From the human T2T-CHM13v2.0 reference genome, Homo sapiens, in NCBI RefSeq assembly GCF_009914755.1, contig NC_060934.1: a DNA stretch of 64,000 nt. One strand, written 5' to 3'. How positions within the stretch are numbered: the first letter of the stretch is position 1; each line of letters starts with the position of its first letter. Below are positions 1 through 13,889 of the stretch, in pieces. The translations under genes and the position numbers were made by a program. Under the pieces are notes generated by a model that was given only the letters and a program-made list of their open reading frames with translations, did no database searches and was not told the origin of the DNA.

Positions 1-315
1 AATGATAAGAATACATTCTGAGAAATGCATTTTTAGGCAATTCAAGCATCATGTGAACACCATAGAGTGAACTTACATGAATCTAAATGGTATATTCTAC
101 TATAGGCTTTCTGGTCTAGACCATTGCCTGTAGGCTATAAACAGTAGAGTGCAGCATGTTCCTCTACTGAATACTATAAGGCAATTGTAACACAATGGTA
201 TTTGTGTACATAAACATATAAAAGGAGCAGTAATAGGTTTTGTAATCTTATAAATCCACTGTTGTATATATGGTCAATCATTGACCAAAATGTTGTTATG
301 CAGCACATGAATGTA
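1..315 (+). mobile_element. Tigger3a/MER7-type DNA transposon MITE (5' end outside the window)
   Basis: ATACATTCTGAGAAATGC...TGTTGTATATATGGTCAATCATTGACCAAAATGTTGTTATGCAGCACATGA; same family as 51742-52083. Confidence 0.75.
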
Positions 316-574
316 CTTTAAATGTAAATGGATTAAACCCCCACACCAAAAGGCAGATCAATTTGCAAAATGGATTAAAAGAAACAAGATCCAACTATAT
401 ACTCAGCACTAGAAACTCAGTTTGCATCTATAGATGTGACTAGTATGAAAGTGAAAGACGGAAACAGATATTCTATAAAAACAGTGACAAAAAAGAGCTG
501 TGGTGGCTATACTAGGACCAGGAAAAATAAAATTTAGTCAAAAACTGTGATAAGATATAGACAACATATTATAT
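316..574 (+). mobile_element. Old L1 (L1M) ORF2 endonuclease-region fragment
   Basis: TTAAATGTAAATGGATTAAAC (LNVNGLN) ...TGGATTAAAAGAAACAAGATCCAACTATA, the typical L1 ORF2 start. Confidence 0.7.
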
Positions 575-980
575 ACAAGCATATCTCAGAGATATTGCAA
601 GTTCAATTCTAGACTACTGCAATGCAGCAAATATGACAATAAAATGAGTCACACAAATATTTAGATTTCCCAGTACATATAAAGTTATGTTTACACTATA
701 CTGTCATATATTTAGTGTGCAATAGCATTACAGCTAAAGAAAAAAATATGCATGCATTTGTTAAAAATATTTTATTTCTGAGAAATGCCAATAGTCATCT
801 GAACCTTCAGCAGGTCATAATCTTGTTGATAGTGGAGGTTTTAGATATGATGTCAATGCCTCCTGACTGACCAGGGTGGTGGTTACTAACGGGTGAGGTG
901 GCTGTGGTCATTTATTTAAAATAAAATAAAATAAAATAAAGTTTGCTGCATTGATTGAGTCTTTCATGTGAGATTTCCTC
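575..980 (-). mobile_element. Tigger1 terminal fragment
   Basis: CAAGCATATCTCAGAGATATTGCAAGTTCAATTCTAGACTACTGCAAT...TTTCCCAGTACATATAAAGTTATGTTTACACTATACTG matches the Tigger1 end. Confidence 0.75.
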
Positions 981-984
981 TTTC

Positions 985-988
<4 letters not shown>

Positions 989-1032
<44 letters not shown>
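989..1032. repeat. (CA)n microsatellite
   Basis: About 21 CA units. Confidence 0.95.
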
Positions 1033-1034
<2 letters not shown>

Positions 1035-1525
1035 TATGTTTTGTTTCTTGGGACAACCCTGACTAATATAGATTTTGGTATCTGGAGCAGTTCTAGAGGA
1101 ATAGAATTTTGAGTTTCCTGAATTGGTTTTGGGGTTTCTGGCATTGTCAGTCTAATCAGATTAGACTTGAAAATGCGAAGGACTTTATTTCCAATAATGA
1201 AGAGAGCACTGATAGTCCATGATATGAAGTATTTATAGAGTGCACAAAACATCTGCATTGATACTCTACTTAACAACTTAAAAGAGGCAAAAAAAATAGT
1301 GACTCTGTATGTGATACTTTCAAACATTTGTGGAAAACTAAGAATAGAATGATGTTGGTTAGTTGCACCTCATATTGCTGGAAAGAGGAAGAAAAAAAAG
1401 GGTGAGCTCAGGAATTCAAAATCCTGGATTAAGCACACATGACCTAAGAGCTTCTAGGTGTGCGCTGAGTGAGAATCCTATGTCTTACAGCCACAGGGCT
1501 GAAATTGCTGAAAATCAAATGCAAG
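1033..1525 (+). mobile_element. MLT2 LTR 3' end plus ERVL (HERVL) internal 5' fragment
   Basis: AACCCTGACTAATAtA followed by GATTTTGGTAtCtGGAGcaGTTCTAGAGGAAtAGAATTTT, the LTR-PBS junction of ERVL. Confidence 0.7.
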
Positions 1526-1690
1526 TGACACCAAAAGCACAGTCAACAGAGGAAAACATAGATGAATGAGACTTCATAAATTAAAACATTTTTGCATCAA
1601 AAGAGACTACTAAGCATCAGAAAGCAACCTATAGAATGGGATAAAAATATTTAGTTGCAAGTCATATTTCTGATGAAGCTGAATACCATG
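1526..1690 (+). mobile_element. L1 ORF2 fragment
   Basis: TGACACCAAAAGCACAG...AAACATTTTTGCATCAAAAGAGACTA. Confidence 0.65.
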
Positions 1691-2149
1691 AAATTTCCTG
1701 GCAGATGCCCAGCACTCTCAACTTCATCCCAAGCTGCCTTTACTCAGCTGCCAAGACACTTCTTGGTGTCTTCAGACTTCTGTGTGAAGTTTCTCCAGAG
1801 TTAAACCCTGCATGTACCCCTAACTTGATGTAAAATTTGGATTATGATATCTTCTGATTGTACACAGATCAGACTTCCTGTTCTATCATGATTTCCCTTC
1901 TCTCCTGAATTCAGAATATTTTCTGACAGTCTTTGGATTTATACTTTGATCTAATCCTGGTGACTCCCAACTAGACTAATTGGAAATGCTACAACTGGTG
2001 AAAATTTTGTTTCCAATGTCCTTGTTATAGGAACAGAACTATGTTGCTTCATTCGCATCACGCCAGGCAATTCAGTATATTCTCTCAACGATATTCAAAA
2101 GTAAACTCTGTTTCTCTTCTCTGTGTGTGTGTGTGGATTGGTTTGGTTT

Positions 2150-2333
2150 TATGAGAAGGAGTCGTCCAGGCTGGAGTGCAGTGGTGCCATCATAGCTTAC
2201 GTAGTCTCAGCCACCTGGATTCAGGTGATCCTTCCACCTCAGCCTCCCTATTAGCTGGAACCACAGGCGCATGCCACCTCGCCCGACTAATTATTTTATT
2301 ATTTGTAGAGACAACGTCTGTGGCCCAGGCTGG
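2150..2333 (-). mobile_element. Truncated AluJ-type element
   Basis: CCAGGCTGGAGTGCAGTGGTGCCATCATAGCT...CCTCAGCCTCCC. Confidence 0.8.
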
Positions 2334-4009
2334 ATGTGTGTTTTAAGACTAAAATCTTTTAGACACCACCAAAATAAAACAACTCTGAAGTGCCTGTGAC
2401 ACAGGATAATCCCTAGGATCATGTGAAGGTGGACAAAGTACCCTGGTTACTTCCCTCTCTCTCCACATCCGTTTCCTCCCTTCTGTATTTTGGGGATACT
2501 ATCCACTCCTCTTTCGTGCTACTGTGCTCCAGGAGAAATAAAAACATGGGACAGAATAAATCTTTCTGGGTTCACACTAACAGCCTCTCAGGGTTGGAGG
2601 GGAGCTTGAAGGCCAAATTAAACCAAGTAATTGGGGAAAGTATCAGACAGCAACAGGAATAAAATGTGAAGTCCATGGATAAACACCTTTATTATGCAAG
2701 GAGTTTATCCTAATCTATAAGAAAATGTCTGGTTCTCAAAAACAGAATTCAACAGACTTTTCCTCTGGCAAACCTGCATTTCAAACATCACTGGGAATTC
2801 ATCCAGTTGTCTTCAATGAGAATCATTTCAACATGTCCTGCAGCAAATAACTCCACTGTTGGTGCTTTGATAGTTAGAAAACTCCTCTATATGGTGCAAA
2901 TAATTTTCAATCCACAAATTCAGATGAGTAAGAAGAAAGAAAAGTTACCTGTTTTCTTGAAATTAAACTTCTTTAGGCTGTTGCAACCTTGATCCTCCTT
3001 GTCAAATGCCAGCTGAGGATCTGATGGCCTCACAAACGGACCCAAGGTTTTGGGTGGTCCCTCCGGGTGTCCTGCTCTGTTTCTGTGGAGACACTCATGG
3101 CTCCCAGAGCTTAGCCCCATTCAGGCCCAGCTGCTTTGCCTTCCGTGAACATCACTCCAGCTCCAGAGGGAAAAGGGATGGTTTCCACCTTCAGATATCA
3201 AAGTCTAAATAGGGATATGGGAGAGCAACAAATGAAAAAGGCTTAACATAATGGCCTGTAAAAGTAAAGAAGGATGGTCGTTGGGTGGTAACTGTGCTAG
3301 GAGACAAAACCCCACCATCCAGACATTTTTCTTCCTCTCCAGGCTATGGAGATTTTCTCTCAGACAGTGTCTGGAAGATCCCACAACATGACACAAAAAT
3401 ATTGGCATTCACAACAGAAACCAATCAAGGACTCTTGCTCAACTGCACTGAAAGTTAGAGTAACTTATCCTATGTGGTCACAAACTTTGGAAGTTGTCTC
3501 TTAACACAGCTGTGCTTGTCATCTCTAAAGCACTCTGCTTGGTCCTCCCAGACCAAGATAAACTCTAACCTCACAGAGAGCGGCTTAAAGTTGACAGTAG
3601 GCTCAGTACATCTGAGCAAGGCAACCCTGTACTCACTGTCCAATAAACTTAGTATTTCTTCTGGCTAACTCAAGGGAAATTATAGTGCTGATAATAGCAA
3701 TGACACCAACGCTACTAGCTAAGATTTTGAGTTTCTATTCTGTATCAGGCAAGACTATCAGGGAATCCTCTCAAATACCCTACAAAGTAGATTTAACTTG
3801 TAACTTATTTTACAGAAAAGGGAACAAAAAGGGTTACTTACTTGTCCAAGGTGATTTGAAGAAGAAACTGTGTCCTGAATATGAGCTCTCAGTGAGTGAA
3901 GATTCCTAAAGACTTTTTTAGATCCATGCCTTTTGTGCATTATTTGTTATTTTAATATCACTCAATACTATAGCCGACCCCTAGAATCTACTGGAGCCAT
4001 GCTGTCAGG

Positions 4010-4020
4010 ATGACTCAGCA
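4010..4020 (+). promoter_or_regulatory. Perfect NRF2/sMAF antioxidant response element
   Basis: ATGACTCAGCA followed by GTTTT; motif match only. Confidence 0.45.
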
Positions 4021-4109
4021 GTTTTCACACATTCTGACCACTCTTGTATAGGTACAAAATGCAGGGTGCATTGTAAAGAGAAAATTATTAACTTGGATGG
4101 TTGTTTGGA

Positions 4110-4570
4110 TTAGAGTACAGGCAGGTGCAAAAAAAGTAATTCAAATTGGTTTAAAATCCACAAAAATGTGTTAGTCCCATAACAAGAAGTCCAGAGGGAG
4201 GGTAAACTCTGGGTGTCATCCATGAGAGTGCAGAATTTCTCTCATCTTCTCCTTTTTCTTCTTCTGTGTATTGATGTCGTCCTCAGGCTGGGTGGAGACT
4301 CCACAGCAATTTCACACCTCACCTTGCAATGGGACAATATCCCCTTGAAGAAGAGAAGCAACCTCTCTTCAAAGGCTCCTTCTTAGAAGTGAGAGAAACT
4401 CTCCTAGAAGTACCCAGCACAGTGCTTCTTATGTGGCGTTGGCTAAGGCTGGGTCACAACTCTTTATCCACAGTGACTCCTATGCCAACCACAATGAAAT
4501 TAGCATGGCTGACCTAAACAAATTATTTAAAGTAAAACTGATGTTGGAAAGGCAATCATCTTGACTGCTG
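4110..4570 (-). mobile_element. Ancient MaLR LTR (MLT1K/L-like)
   Basis: CATAACAAGAAGTCCAGAGG...TTGGCTAAGGCTGGGTCACA pattern typical of old MLT1. Confidence 0.45.
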
Positions 4571-5227
4571 AAACCATAGTGAGAAAGTGCTTTTCTTTAA
4601 ATTAGATGTTTCCAAACTTACTTGTGTAGAATAAGTGGAGTCTGATCAATTTCAATTTAGTATATTATTTAGCCTAATTTTCATACGTAAACTTCTATGG
4701 GTATTGAAAGAATGCAAAGAGGAAAGAAGAGAGACCTAATGACAACTCTTGATGAATCAAGAACTTGATAAATCAAGGTATAGTAGAAACCGCAGAGTTA
4801 AGAGACTTCATTAATATAAGATGTGTCCAACTGAAGGTTTCATAGATGAAGCACGTTTAAGTAGTAAACATGGGATCCATTGCCTGAAGTATAATCTAGA
4901 CATCAGTAGAAATTCTGAAGAGTTGAGAATGTTGGCAAACTGAAAAGCTTGAGTTTTCCATATGAACAACAAAAGACAATGTCAACAGATCCTGAGAATA
5001 AATTTTAGAATAAAATAATGAAGGGCATGTATCCAGAAGGAGGAAATACAATAGGGTCAAGATTACATCAGCTTTAAAGAAACAGGTATTTATTCATGTG
5101 GTTTTCCTCTTGATATCTGAGATAAAAGTCTAGAGTTTCAGGATCCAGTGGCTGGACATAGAATTCTTTCTATTACAAAAATTAGAAAACTAAAGTTTAG
5201 TTGCTCTAAATTTACTTACAAAACTAG

Positions 5228-5318
5228 TGTAGTAGGCTCAGTAATGGCCCCCAAAGACATACATGCCCTTATCTCTGGAACCTGAAAATATGTTACCTTA
5301 ATGGCAAAAAGGGCTTTC
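5228..5318 (+). mobile_element. MLT1C/D LTR 5' fragment
   Basis: TGTAGTAGGCT...AATGGCCCCCAAAGA...TATGTTACCTTAATGGCAAAAAGGGCTTT. Confidence 0.6.
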
Positions 5319-6382
5319 TTTTTTATAATTCGTTCTTTTTAATTGAGTGTCATTAAAGAGTACTTTCTAAGCAGTTAAATGCACCAGGAGCTGTATTAAC
5401 ATAGGGCCACAGAGATGAGTAAGAGGAGACATTCACAGTCTCATGAGGCAGATCACAGATTATACTTAAGGCCTGTGAGTATAGAAAGGTTGCTTTCACA
5501 TTTTTCTCATTGAAAATGTCTTTTCTTGGAAGCCTGGTATGGTTTTACAAAAAGAAGGGGGACCTTTCAGATGTGTTTTGGAGACTGAGTATTTTCCTAA
5601 CTAAAATGATATTTTGCCCTGTTTCTAAACTCCCCTCCAAACTTGGCTCTGTTTGATTAGTCATCTTTCTCCTCAACCCTGAGATCCTGCCACAGTTGAT
5701 CCAATGGAACGTCATGTTTGTGAATAAACTAAAGTGAAGTTATGTTGGGTTCCTTAGAGGTGGGCTTCAGATGGACGAAGATGACACTGGAGTAAGAGTC
5801 TTGCCTCGAAGATCCGGATAAATTCCAGAGGATCTTAACTTGGTGGAGGCCACTGGGGACACCTCAGTCACTAGCACTGAGGGTCTATTAATTTCATAAT
5901 TCATTTGTCATTCAGCTTAGTGAGATTATATAGCTGAGGAAATGGGAGTTGTGAAGGTAAAGAAAGCCAAGGAAGACAAAAATTTGGAAGAAATAGTTGG
6001 TGTCTCGGAAAAGGAATGCCACAGTAAGGAGAAATGTCACTGGACACTTAGGGGAGGCCATGGAAGCAGGGCCCACTGTGACTTCCCTAGGACGTATGCA
6101 CATTTGCTTTCATGGACCAATGCTCTATACAAATATTAAAATTAAGTCTTACATTGCCTTGGTATAGACATGAAGATAGACGAGGCTGGATTCATTATTA
6201 CATATTCATCATTGTTGTATTCTCTTTTTCTTCTGACTTTAAAATAAATTAAAGCTAGAACATTATCATGGGCTCCTATAAGTATGATGGGTCATAGACA
6301 CCGTGCCTTCTATTCTAATAGGCAGTGGCCCTGCGTGCAGGACCGGGCACAGGTAGTAAGGGCACTAAAGAAGTGCATTCAT

Positions 6383-6681
<299 letters not shown>

Positions 6682-6905
6682 TTGAAGAAGTGCATTCACA
6701 ATGGTGCAGATGTCAACAGTTTCACTTACTGACTCACATTCCTGTTGGGTCACAGATTGAGCCACATGAGGACTATAGGGAAGCTCCTGTTTCATACCTA
6801 TTCCTGAAATCTGGCCTGCCTTCCTGATTTAGGGAAGATGTATTCCTCTGTTTGCCTGCATATTACAGAAAACAGCCTGTGAAAGAATCTGCAAGCATGA
6901 CTTAC

Positions 6906-6988
6906 AATTGTAACTTAGCATATCGGAAATTTCTGTTGAGGCCATCAGTGGCTTTCATGTCCTCTGGAGTCAACTCAAAGTCAAAAAC
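6906..6988 (-). pseudogene. AKR1C7P: Exon 8 (83 nt, [27 protein letters not shown]-)
   Basis: Acceptor CTTCCTTTCAG, donor GTAAGT, canonical AKR1C exon 8 size and phase. Confidence 0.93.
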
Positions 6989-8878
6989 CTGAAAGGAAGA
7001 AAACACTCACATTAACCTTTCCCCAGGACAGCAGCTTCTTCCTGGGAATACAAGGCTTTCCGGGGGCAGAGGCAAGGATGGCAGTATGTAAAGTTTCTGT
7101 CCTCATTGGCCTCTAGGTGAGACCTCTTCCCCCTGAGTTCTGCTACTTTTCCATCCCACCTCCCTCCTGCTCTGCTCCACTTCTCAAAAGAAAGACAACT
7201 TATCAATCTAAGACATTTCTAGAGAATTGCTTGAGACAGAAAAAATAAATTCTTTATACTAAACAAAGGCAAATCTGGACAAAATACCTGCTTCCTTGAC
7301 TTGATCACACTTGGTCAGGATTTTCCTTACTCACTTCCCCTGGAACTTGACCCAGTCTTTGACTGTGCAAGCCTTGGAACACAAGACAACCTTGCTCCAA
7401 GAATGTTTTGGCCTTAGAAAAGCATTTCTTGATCAATTGTTCCACCATACCACTTGCTCACTGCAGGCCCCCAAATACTATTTCCAGCTACTACTAAGTA
7501 CTACCAAATACTACTTCCTTACAAAACAAAACAAAACAAAAAAAACAAACAACAAAAAAAACCTTTTTTGAATATATTTATCTTACTTAAGCCAAGAGTT
7601 GTTTTTATTTGAAAACACATTGACACATAGTCCCCTGATGAAGAATCCCTTAAAGCAAAGAAAAAGATATGTGGTTTAAAAAAATTAAGTTCATTATTTC
7701 ATGCAGAAGATGGAAAACTCAGAGCCCTATCTATCTATCTCTCCGTCCATCTATGATATACATATCTATCTAATGTGTTTCTCTCTCTCTCTCTACCTAT
7801 ATCTGTCCATTATCTACCTATCCACCCATACATTTACCCATCAGTGATTCATCTTAAAAATATACTCCAGAAATGACATGGTTGTCACAGGGATATGTAT
7901 TAATATGTTGAGTTAAATTGAAAAATAAAATAAAATAAGATTTTTTTCTGTATGGTAACAAGGTTTAGATTTGCCTATTTGATTTTTGTATAACTTAAAA
8001 ATTTTAATCTAGAGCTACAAAGTTGTGAAACAAATACATTAGAAAATATGCTTCAAATATCATCCTTTGTAATAACTAAACTCATGTTGATTTTTCTAGC
8101 TGCCATCTTTAAATGGAAAACAGCATACATAGTCTTTCAAAATTCTTTTAGAATTCAAAACAAAGTAAATTAAAGACCACTGATTGATCTAATGGATTGG
8201 AGTGTATATGAGGAAGGCTTCAGGCAAAATCTTTACTCATTGATTTACTATTAATAATTTGGTCAGTCTATGAAATTATACCTAGCTTCCTACCAGCCCG
8301 GGGCACTGCCAGGGGAAAGGTGATAAAAGATGACCCAGAAGGAGTCACAGCATTTAGGGTCTCACAGTCCAGAGAGCACACTGACATCTTAGCAAACAAT
8401 GTTAAGTTAAAAGGGAAAAGACTCACTAACAGAACCATGCCAGGCACTATTGTGGTGAAAAATGTGCTAGAGTGTCCCAATGGTTATGTATGTATGATAT
8501 GTAACAAAGCAGGTAATCCTATTTGAGTTTGATCATAAAATACAAATAGAGGTTTGTCAGATAGAGATGGTGAAGGAGAGAAATGAAGGTCCTTAAAGTT
8601 CCTTACCATGTAGAACTCCTGAAACTCATGAAAATGATGGAGTTGAAATTTGCTTAGTGTCACACAACTAGTGAGTGGCAAAGCCAGCCCTAGAGGTGAT
8701 AAACTTTAGGACTGTGAATCCAGTGATCTCTTCGCACTTTTCCATCCTGCCCCCTCCCTCAGCACACAGAGGAGAGAAGCACGGGCATGAATGACATATG
8801 GTGCATTCCCCCCTGGAAGAGAGATCACCCAGACCAGCGCCCATGGCTCACTTTGGAGCAACACCACTTGACCTGTAC

Positions 8879-9044
8879 CTGGAAGTTCTCTTTGATTCTC
8901 TTCTCAGAGAAGCTCTTGGCCAGGACCACCACCCCCCGCTGCAGCTCATAGCACAGGGCAACCTGGCCTGGGCTTCTATTGTATTTCTTGGCAATGGATT
9001 TCAAGGTTGGCTCCTCTAAGAGATATGGGCTATCTGGGTCCATC
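8879..9044 (-). pseudogene. AKR1C7P: Exon 7 (166 nt, [55 protein letters not shown])
   Basis: Acceptor TTTTTCTCCAG, donor GTACAG. The LAKS...RIKEN cofactor-binding motif is retained. Confidence 0.95.
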
Positions 9045-9159
9045 CTGGAGAAAAACAACAGATATGAAGAGTATAGATGAAAAATCTAGAGTGTGCTACC
9101 CTTTTGCCCAAAGCCCCAGACAATGAGAGAAGACACAATATAGTATGTTTCAAGGTGTC

Positions 9160-9610
9160 TCATAAATATTCATAGAGATTTATTCGCAATTGTGGCAAAC
9201 TGGAAACAACTAAACTGCCCATCAATAGGTGAATGGATAAACAACTTGTGGTGTACATGTCCATATAATGGAATATTTCCCAGCAGTAAAATGGAAAGAA
9301 CAGACACCTGCAACTACAGGAATGAATGTCACAGACAGGTTGAGCAAAAGAAGCTACACCAAAGAATATATATGACTTCTTTACATAAAGTACTACAGCA
9401 GACAAAACTAATCTAAGACCGAAAACGTTATGAACATAGTTGCCTAGAGGTGGGGAGGAATTGTCGCAGAAGGAACACCAATTAACATTTTTGGGAGAAA
9501 GTTTCCATATCATGACAATAATGTGGATTACAAAGTACATTCATTTATCAAAATTGTACAGCTAACGTATATGCATTACAGTCTATGTAAATTTCACCTT
9601 CAAATCACTT
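9160..9610 (+). mobile_element. L1ME-type 3' fragment (intron 6)
   Basis: AAACTGGAAACAACTAAACTGCCCATCAATAGGTGAATGGATAAACAA. Confidence 0.75.
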
Positions 9611-9828
9611 TGAAATTGTATTTGGAGTGGGGTTGGGAGAAGGCAGATATACAAATGAAACAGGAGGGAAGGAATGTTGGTGACATTGAAGCTCAGTGGT
9701 GTCACATGGGAATTCACTGCACCGTTGTGTTCACTGTTCTATGTTTGACTTGATCTAGAATGAAATGCTAAAAGTTTCTTAATCAATAGAGTTGCTGATA
9801 TAGATTAACTCTTCGATACTCTTATTAC

Positions 9829-9938
9829 CAGTTTGGGTCTCTGTGAGATGCCAGGGCCCTGTAGGCAACTAGAACAATGTCCTTGGACTTGCAGAACTCC
9901 AGGAGTTTGCTCTAGTTGAGGTAAGGGTGACATTCCAC
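9829..9938 (-). pseudogene. AKR1C7P: Exon 6 (110 nt, [36 protein letters not shown]) with premature stop
   Basis: Acceptor TTACAG, donor GTAATA. In-frame TAG at 9912-9914 replaces the Gln of ECHPYLNQ. Confidence 0.95.
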
Positions 9939-10224
9939 CTGTAATTTTTCAAGACCAAAAGGTGTCAGAATACATGAGCAAATAACCACATGTAAATTTT
10001 AAAATGCTTTGAAGGAATATCTAGTACTATATTAATATATGTACTATGTATTTCATATTGGTCATTTTCCCCATGCACCTTCTGAAATGCTTTCAAATTC
10101 CATCAGTGGTCATACTAACATGATAACTTACTTATTCTTTTTTTATTAGTGTTTTAAAATGATTAACATCTCTCGTGCCCAAATTATAGTCTCTAAATGA
10201 CATTTCTACTCAGACAAACCAAGA

Positions 10225-11430
<1,206 letters not shown>

Positions 11431-12751
11431 TGAGGGGATATTCAAAAAATTGATTGAAAATGTGCATTATGAAAAAACCATACATGGATTTCAAAAAAAA
11501 ATGCTCCAAAATAAACTTGTACTAATTTGTTATGATGTGTCTGAACAGGATCTAGTTTGAGGCATTGAGAAAGATAAAACAACTCCCCTATCAGAAAAAC
11601 ATGAATTCAGCTAAATTGAAGGAAGAACAAAAATCAAATTTATTGTGAAGCATGGGTGGAAGAATGGTGAAATTATTGACTCTTTACACAAAATATATGG
11701 GCAAAATCCCCCAAAGAAATCAGAAGTTCACAAATGAATAATTCATTTGAAGAAGGAACGAGATGATGTTGAAGATGAAGCCCGCAACAGCATACCATTC
11801 ACATCAATTTGCAGGAAAACAAAAATGTATCTTACTAGTGCCCTCATTAAAGAAGACCAATGATTAACAGCAGAAATGATAACCAACACCATAGATATCT
11901 CAACTGGTTCAGTTTACACTATAGTAACTGAAAAATTTAAGTTGAGTGAACTTTCCAATTCATGGGTGACGAAACTGTTGTGGCCAGATCAGCTACAGAC
12001 AGGAGCAAAGCTTTCCAAGGAAATTTTAGGTAAGGGAGATCAAGATCCTGAAGCATCTTCAAAGAATTGTAAAATGAGGTGAAACATGGCTTTGCCAGTA
12101 CAATCCTGAAGACAAAGCAAAATCAAAGCAATCGCTACCAAGATGTGGAAATGATCCAGGCAAAGCAAAAGGAGATTAATCAAGAGAAAAGGTCATAGCA
12201 AGTTTTCTGGGATGCTCAGGGCATTTTGCTTATTGACTCTCTGGAGGGCTAAAGAAGAATAACAACTGTTTTGAGAAAATTAGCCAAAGTTTTAGTATGA
12301 AAACACCCACAAAAAGCTTCACCAGAGATTATTTTTCACCATACCAATGCTCCTACTCGTTTTTTTCATCAAGCAGGGGCAATTTTGCAAGAATTTTGAT
12401 AGAAAAATCATTAGTCATCCACCTTACAGTCCTGGTTTGGCTCCTTCTGAGTTCTTTTTGTGTCTGAATCTTTAAGAATCTTTAACAGAGACTCTTTTTC
12501 TTACAGTTAATAATGTAAAAAATAAAAAGAATACATTGACATGATTAAATTACCAGGACTCTCAGTTATTTAGAGATGAACTAAATGGCTACTATTTGCT
12601 ATTAGTTCACATACTTAGTTCATATACTCATAAGCATATACTTATGCTTTAAAAACTATACTGAATTTGGTAAAGCTTATTTTGAAAAATAGTTCATATA
12701 TTTATAAACATCTTTTAATTCCATTTTTCCATGAACTTTTTGAACTCCTCA
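11431..12751 (+). mobile_element. Near full-length HSMAR2 mariner transposon (intron 5)
   Basis: Both TIRs are present (TGAGGGGATATTCAAAAAATTGATTGAAAA ... TTTCCATGAACTTTTTGAACTCCTCA-TA). The transposase is decayed but shows WVTKLL (WVP-like) and HPPYSPGLAPSE (HPPYSPDLAPSD) motifs. Confidence 0.9.
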
Positions 12752-13074
12752 TATTCTCTATATCTTTTCTTAAAAATTTACAAAAATAAAAACTTTTAAA
12801 AGTTATAAAAGAAATATTTTCATGTCAGATATAGGAAAAAATACAACAAGGTCACCTAGAATTTTACCAGAACCACGTAGCAACCTCTAATCATTTTGTG
12901 TGCTTAATTTTAGTCATTTTTATTATTCTTAAGATGTTAAATAATTTAAAATTAGTATATATACTGAATAGTATAGATTAACATATTTTATAAGAATCCT
13001 GATTTTGTTCAGTTATTTCTCCCTTCCTCCATATTCAGTTTCTGTGCCCCAGAAGAAGCCAGTTCACACTTTTG

Positions 13075-13443
13075 TGTCACAAACTTCCTTTCTCTTACAT
13101 TAATTGGTTTATGAAAGGCACATTATGTTGTTCAAGCCAATGAAACATGAGAAAAAAATTGCTAGAAAACTTCTGTGACCATTATTCTTCTCTCTTTAGA
13201 AACAGCTCCAGAAAACCCTCTCTGCTGTGCTGAACATGAATGAGGAGACCTATAGCCCAATTGCCATGAGGAGCCATTCTGAAGCGATCAAACATGGAGC
13301 ACAGACAAAATATATTCATTTCAAGAGAGTATCTTACAGCTTCTAGAGCAACCAAGACCCAAACTTTCTATAAATGAATCAACTTTAAGCCTGTTTGAAT
13401 TGAGTTTTCTGTTTCTTGTGGCTTAAAAGCATCCTGAAAAACA
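13075..13443 (+). mobile_element. Ancient MLT1 LTR
   Basis: 3' end TTTAAGCCTGTTTGAATTGAGTTTTCTGTTTCTTGTGGCTTAAAAGCATCCTGAAAAACA. Confidence 0.55.
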
Positions 13444-13889
13444 GAATAGTATATAATTCTCTGATATACTTTTGATATAATATTATAACATAAGCTTTCC
13501 CTTTTTGCTATTAGTCTTCATAATATCCTCTCAAAGATCTCTATGAAGCCATCAGAACTTTAATTAATTCCTCATTTGTGGATATTCAAAATTCTAATCA
13601 TTTGGTTTTAGAAATTATATATATATGTTAATATATATTATATTACTATATAATATAGATGGGAGTTTTTAACACGTCTTGTCTACAAATATCCCTAGAA
13701 ATATAAAACTAAGACAGAGTATACATTTTTGAACTGCTTTTTGTATAATTATCAAAATGGTCTACACAAAGCTTTAAACTTAACAATGTCATAAATCATG
13801 TTTGATATTTGGCTATATTGGATGTTTCTTTTAAAATCATATGTTTTGATTACGATTTATACACCTCCTCTTTCTCACTCCTTTCCTCT

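Noticed and set aside
1-3200. Possible overlap with an annotated lncRNA near the window start
   Set aside because: Based only on vague recall of the locus; no exon structure can be supported from the sequence.
3640-3720. Candidate AKR exon 9 (GAAGAAATAC-like on the minus strand)
   Set aside because: No HP.YPF motif, wrong frame and no acceptor.
8825-9058. Stand-alone AKR ORFs in the ORF track (also 17500-17730 and 15360-15608)
   Set aside because: Single exons read through into introns, not independent CDSs.
11876-12082. Intact mariner transposase
   Set aside because: Only a 68-aa open stretch; the element has many stops and frameshifts.
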